A stretch of 64,000 nt of DNA from Octopus sinensis. Taxonomy: Eukaryota. The notes beneath the pieces were generated by a model that saw only the letters and a program-made list of their open reading frames with translations, searched no databases and had not been told where the DNA came from. Positions 54,301 through 61,208 of the stretch are shown one piece after another (the stretch's first letter is position 1; each line of letters starts with the position of its first letter). A program made the position numbers and the translations under genes. The DNA lies in assembly GCF_006345805.1 (NCBI RefSeq), contig NC_042997.1, forward strand, positions 203,794,001 through 203,858,000, read 5' to 3'.

Positions 54301-57300
54301 TCTTACCATGAATGACATTGTTGGGTAGGTATGAGAGGCTGGATCTGGTCAGTTTTAACGTAATACAGGGAGAATATTTGGGTCCGACATGGCTGGATTA
54401 AATTCTAAAGGGTCAAAGGTATTAAATGAAATAAAATTTTAAACTTAATGTTTTTATTTCCTCCAATAATCTCAAAGCAAAATTTTATATTGCAGGGAGA
54501 ATGTGGTCTGTGTGAGAGTGATCTCCATTGTTTGCAGCCTTCTGATATACCAACAGTAAGTAGTGTTTCTGTTTTGATCAGGGTTAGTGTTGTAAATATC
54601 TCAAATGAATCATGAAGTTTGAAGTAAAATGTCTACTGTAATCATTTATACATTATTTACATTATTTACATTTGATGGATATTTGTCCTCATCTTATTTG
54701 TTGTTAACACAACGTTTCAGCTGATATACCCTCCAGCCTTCATCAGGTGTCTTGGGGGAAATTTCAAACCTGGGTTCTCATTCCTAAGGTATTTTTCGAT
54801 GTTATTATTATTATTATTATTATTATTTAGGTCACTGCCTGGAATCAAACTTGGAATCTTGGGGTTAGTAGCCTGTGCTCTTAACATCGAAAAATACCTT
54901 AGGAATGAGAACCCAGGTTCGAAATTTCCCCCAAGACACCTGATGAAGGCTGGGGGGTATATCAGCCGAAACATTGTGTTAACAACAAATATGATGAGGA
55001 CAAATATCTGTCAAATGTAAATAATGTAAATAATGAACATAATTCCTCATCTCTTAAATATAGGACTGTAATCATTTATAACAATATAAAGAGATTAAAG
55101 GAGATGCCTCGTTGGCAAATTTGGATTACTGTCATCTGCTTCTTTAATAATATCCGTGGGGATGGTCGGATAATATATCTGTTATCTTTTATTATTTTAC
55201 TTGTTTTAGTCATTAGACTGTGGCCAAGCTGGGGCACCACCTTGAAGAACTTTTAGCTGAATGATTTGATCCTACTACTTTTTTTTTTTTGAAGCCTGGT
55301 ACATAATCTATTGATCTCTTTTGATAAACTGCTAAGTAATGGGGACATAAACAAACCAACACCTGTTGTCAAGTGGTGTTAAGAGACAAAGGCAGACACA
55401 AAAGTACAAAGGCACACACACACACACACACACACACCACACACACATGACGAGCTTTTTTCAGTTTCTGCCTACCAAATTCACTCACAAGGCGTTGGTT
55501 GGCCTAAGACTATAGCAGAAGACACTTGCCCGAGGTGCTATGCAGTGGGACTGAACCTGGAACCATGTGGTTGGGAAGCAAACTTCTTACCATGCAGTCA
55601 TGCCTGCATCTAGTTTATGGATGTAGTGTCATTTTTCAGGGGCCAACTTGAAATGTATTTTAACCTTTGTGATCCCATATTTCGGCTGAATTACTCTGAC
55701 TTTTCCTTTGAATTAATTTTGAAAACAATGAAGAATTTAGTAAAATAATTATGTCATTATTAACCCTTTTGACCCCAACCTGGCTGAAACCGGCTCTGGC
55801 TCTGTAGTACATATGTCTTATTTTCAAAAGTCTTGAATTAAAATCTTCCACCAAACCTTAGTCACAATTTATGTTCCTAACACTAGCTGAATGATAACTA
55901 AGTTATTTTACTGAATTCTTTGTTATATTTAATGTAATTGAAAGAAACACAGAGCATTTCAACATAAATGCAGTAACGAAAGGGTTAAGCTGGTGTTTGA
56001 AACATAACCATGAAATTCTTTAGAAGATTTTAATTTAGGGAGATGTACTTGCATAGCAAATGACCTGATCTAAGTTCATGTGCTGGAACGAAAACGATTA
56101 CAGCATGGAAGGTGTTTATAAGGCATTTAAGAAACACACAAAAACCGTTAGATTCACATCAACATTTAAATTTAATTTGCCAAAATATTTTCATCACTTT
56201 GAGACCACAACCTGTTCACTGACAAAATTCTGTGCTGCATCTGAGAAAGTAACAGTTAGTTCATGATTTAACAGTTACTAACTGTTACTTTCTCAGATGC
56301 AGCACAGAATTTTGTCAGTGAACAGGTTGTGGTCTCAAAGCGACGAAAATATTTTGGCAAATTAATTTTAAATGTTGAAGTGAATCTAACGGTTTTTGTG
56401 TGTTTCTTAAGTAGCTTATAAACACCTTCCATGCTGCAATTGTTTATTTTGATTTAGATCACATTAAAACCAGGAATTTGTATCATAGAGCCAAAGACAA
56501 CTTCAGACAGATTGGTATCAAAAGGGTTAAACACGAAATATATTTTTAATTCCTTATTCTTTTCTCAGGATAAAATATATAAAAACTGCACCTACCAAAT
56601 AAACCTGAAATACACTTATTCTAGGCGGAAAGGTTGTCAACGAATTTGTCGTCGAAAAGTAATTGTAAGTACATTCTATTCTTTCTTTCTCAACTCTAAG
56701 CACAGACATTAGATATAAAATACACTATTCCATTCTATGAGACAAAGAACTTGTCCTTCAGTTAACATGCCATATATCATTTCTCTTACTGTTTCTTCCT
56801 TTTCCTCCCTTTGTCATAAAATTGGTCTCAAAGTTTTAAAATGGAGATTATGCATGTGTAACTCTTCAAAATAGGGGGTAAAGAAAATGTGGCTGTTTAC
56901 TAATTTTAATATAATTTTCTGATGGATCCTTCATAGCGTTTGGTACTTTTGGTGCTATCTATGGCAAATATTTTGGAGTTTTATATATATATAGGATTAT
57001 ATTATTGTAATAAATATTGGTGTGTATAGAGGAGTGTATGCACATGCATGTGCATGCACACATACACACACACACACAAGCATATATCATCATCATCATC
57101 ATCATCATCTTTTAGCATCTGCTTTCCATGCTGGCATGGGTTGGACGGTTTGACTGAGGACTGGCAAGCCAGGAGGCTGTATTAGGCTCCGATCTGTTCT
57201 GACAAGGTTTCTACAGCTGGATGCCCTTCCTAATGCCAACCACTACGAGAGTGTAGTGGCGGCTTTTTACGTGCCACCAGCATGGGAGCTAGTCAGGTGG

Positions 57301-60300
57301 CACTGGCATATATATGTATACATTTGATGGGATTTGAACTTAGAAACTTAGCTCTTTTTGAACATAGCTCTTTTGGCTTTCTGCACTAATACTTTTCTAC
57401 AGCTTTGTTAACAACAACAACATTTTCATCTAGTTCCCCACTCACCCTCTTCCCCCTGCTCCTCCCCCTTCTCCTCCCCTCCTCCACCTTTTCATCATCT
57501 TCGTGAACAACATCAACAACAATTATTTACTCAAACCATGATTTCTCTCTTTCAGGATCGTCAGTGTTGCCAGGGCTTTTTTGGTCCTAACTGTGAACCT
57601 TGCCCAGGAGGCTTAAACAACCCTTGCTACGGACGTGGCACGGTAAATTAAACCAATTACACACAATATTCATTATTTCTCTGCCATTACCTTATATATT
57701 TATATGTTTATATGGATTTTCAGCAAGGAAAGAGTTAACCCATGGCCCATAGCCTAATCGGAAAGTTAAGTCTGAATCTTTTATCTTTTACTTGTTTCAG
57801 TCATTGAGCTGTGGCCAAGCTGGGGCAACATCTTGAAGAATTTTTAGTTGAATAAATCAACCCCAGTACTTGCTTTTTTGTTTAAGCTTCATGCTTATTC
57901 TATCAATCTCTTTTGCTGAACTGCTAAATTTTGGGGACATAAACACACCAACACCGGGGACATACACAAACACAAAAACACACACATAGAAATATATATA
58001 TATATATATATATATCATCATCATCATCATCGTTTAACGTCCGTTTTCCGCGCTAGCACGGGTTGGACAGTTCGACCGGGGTCTGGGGAGCCAGGGGCTG
58101 CTCCAGGCTCCAGTCTGATCTGGCAGTGTTTCTACAGCTGGATGCCCTTCCTAATGCCAACTATATATATATATATAAGACAAAGTATGGAAACAAGTCC
58201 ATGTAGATAACAATTTGGTCTAAATTTGGTTCTAATCACACATAGTATTAATTCCAGTTAAAATACTTAATGTAAGTCCCAAGAAAAAACAAGGTAGACA
58301 ATGGAAACAGACAACAAATGTTCAAGTCAGGCAAACATCTCATGTCATATACATTATTATTATTGGAAAAAATTCAAAGTCTTACAGCTGTTTCTGGGAT
58401 TTCCCAGAGTATGGGATATTCCATCATCAGAGACAAATAGGGAGAATGAAAAGAGTATAGATTAATGAAATGACGACATAGAGGACAGGAGTAAAAGAAT
58501 AAGGAGATGAAGAAAGAGAAGGTACCAAGGTACCATGCAGTGGGATTGAACCCAGAACCATGTGGTTGGGAAGCAAACTTATTTCTACACAGCCTGTTCT
58601 TGTGTATTGAACCTTTTTATTAGTTGAGGAAAATTACTAAAACCATGAGCAAATGTGTAAATTTGTTCTGGACTATATGTGTGAGTATGTATTTATGGGA
58701 TTATGTGTATGTTTGTGGGTGTATGTGTATGTGTGTAAGTATATGTTTATGTATGTGTGTATGTGAAAGTGTATGTCTGTGTGCATGTTTATTTGTGTGT
58801 TTGTAAACATGTGTATGTATATACATGCGTGTGTATATATGTCGAAGTTTATAGGTATATCTCAGTGCATGTGAGAGTGTATGTGTATGTACATATGTGT
58901 GTGTGTGTATGTGTGTGTGTGTGTGAATGTGTGTGTGTTTAGATGTGTGTGTGTCTACAAGTGTGTTTCTGCAACTATATTGAGAGTTGTATTGAAAATC
59001 TCATTGAAGACATATGGTCTCCCATGCTTGTGAACGCAGTGTATATGCATATATTTGTATATGTGCCCATGTATATACACATACATACTCATGTATATGT
59101 ATGTACACGAGTGTATGTTTGGTGTATGAATTCATTTATGTGTGTGAGTGTACACGTGTGGGTGTATGCATATAAATATGCAGGTATGTTTGTGTGTGTG
59201 GGTATATGGGTTCTTTTAATACATATTTTTTACAAAAATGCTAAATCTGTTTAGAGAATTACATAAATAATTGCAAAAAATCCCATTATGAATGTATGCG
59301 TCACTACTGAAATTATTGTGAGGCAGAAATTCCTGAAGTCCATTTACGAGAGATTTCTTATCTAGTTTTAGATTTATTCTATTTTAATCCCTCCACTTTA
59401 TGTAAAAATGACTGAATTCCTCATTCAGCTCATGGCTGAGATTTTCATTAACTGATTCCCAGGTGGTTCTTTCAGCAAGGAATGTCAAAAACATAAATAA
59501 ATATCTAAATTACCAAATCATTTTATGTTGCAAAAAAAAAAAAAAAACATACATTTTTCATTATTTACATTATTTACGTTTGATGAAAATTTCGAACCCG
59601 GGTTTGAAATTTCCATAGGACACCTGAAGAAGGCTGGAGAGTACATCAGCCGAAATGTTATGTTAACAACAAACAAGATGAGGACAAATATCCATCAAAT
59701 ACTCTTTTATTTGTTTCAGTCATTTGACTGCGGCCATGCTGGGGCACTGCCTTCAGTCGAGCAAATTGACCCCAGGCCTTATTCTATCGGTCTCTTTTGC
59801 CGAGCCGCTAAGTTACGAGGACATAAACACACCAGCATCGGTTGTCAAGTGATGTTGGGGGGAACAGACACACAAACATACACATACACATAAATATACA
59901 TATATACTATAGGCTTCTTTCAGTTTCTATCTACCAAATCCACTCACAAGGCTTTGGTTGGCCCAAGGCTATAGTAGAAGACACTTGCCCAAGGTGTCAC
60001 GCAGTGGGACTGAACCTGGAACCATGTGGTTGATAAGTAAGCTACTTACCACACAGCCACTCCTGCACCTATATGTAAATAATGTAAATAATTCCTCATC
60101 TCTTGAATATAGAACTGAACATAAATTTTTAATTTATTCTTTAGAAGAGGAAGGAAACCTGCTTGTGTGTGTATGTAAGTATGTGTGTGTACAAGTGCGT
60201 GGGTGTGTGTGTGTGTGTGTGTGCATGTGTATTTTATTCTTTATCTTTTACAGGTTTCAACCATTAGACTGTGGCCATGCTGTAGCAGTGCTCTGAAGAA

Positions 60301-60474
60301 TTTTTTGTTGATCAAACTGACCCCAGTACTTATTTTCTCTCTTCTCTTTTAAGCTTGGGAATTATTCTCTCAGCCTCTTTGGCTAAACCACTCATTTAGA
60401 GGAACATAAACACACCAGCACCTGTTGTCAAAGAGGTGGGGTGAGGCACAAATGCAGACTGAAAGGCGCACACT

Positions 60475-60506
<32 letters not shown>

Positions 60507-61126
60507 GATATAGATATATATTTATATGCAGTTAAGTATATGTCTGGTCTTAACTGCATATAAATACATTACTGCTCTATTCTTTAGAGTCTGCTTATAT
60601 ATATATATAGTTAATCCAAACAAGAAAACACAGAAAAAAACAGCAACGCGAGGACGTGGAACAATTAAAGTATTATTTGACGCTCAGGAAAGAAGGGAAG
60701 GAGGGTTTAACGTTTTGAGCGGAGCTCTTCGTCGGAAACAAGGAGAAGGAAAGATCCCGAGAAGGGAAGACAGAGGAAAAAAATATTTTTGCTGGTGGTG
60801 CTCAAGAGATCACATGTTGAAAATATATATATATATATATTGATAAAAATGGTAAGACAACAAAAGAAAGAAAGAGACCTCGATGTTATGTCAATAGAAG
60901 AATTTATCTGTAAATGCAATACGTGACAATTATTCTATAGCCATGATAAAACTCCGAGATTCGGATGGTGAGGTGGAAATCCACGCTGCCATCTCTTCAC
61001 TTATATGGCCATTGGAAAATCCGATGGCCGGATAACTGAAGAGATGGCAGCGTGGATTTCCCCCTCGGCATCCGAAACTTGGAGTTTTATCATGGCTACC
61101 GAATAATTGTCACATATTACTTTTAC

Positions 61127-61208
<82 letters not shown>

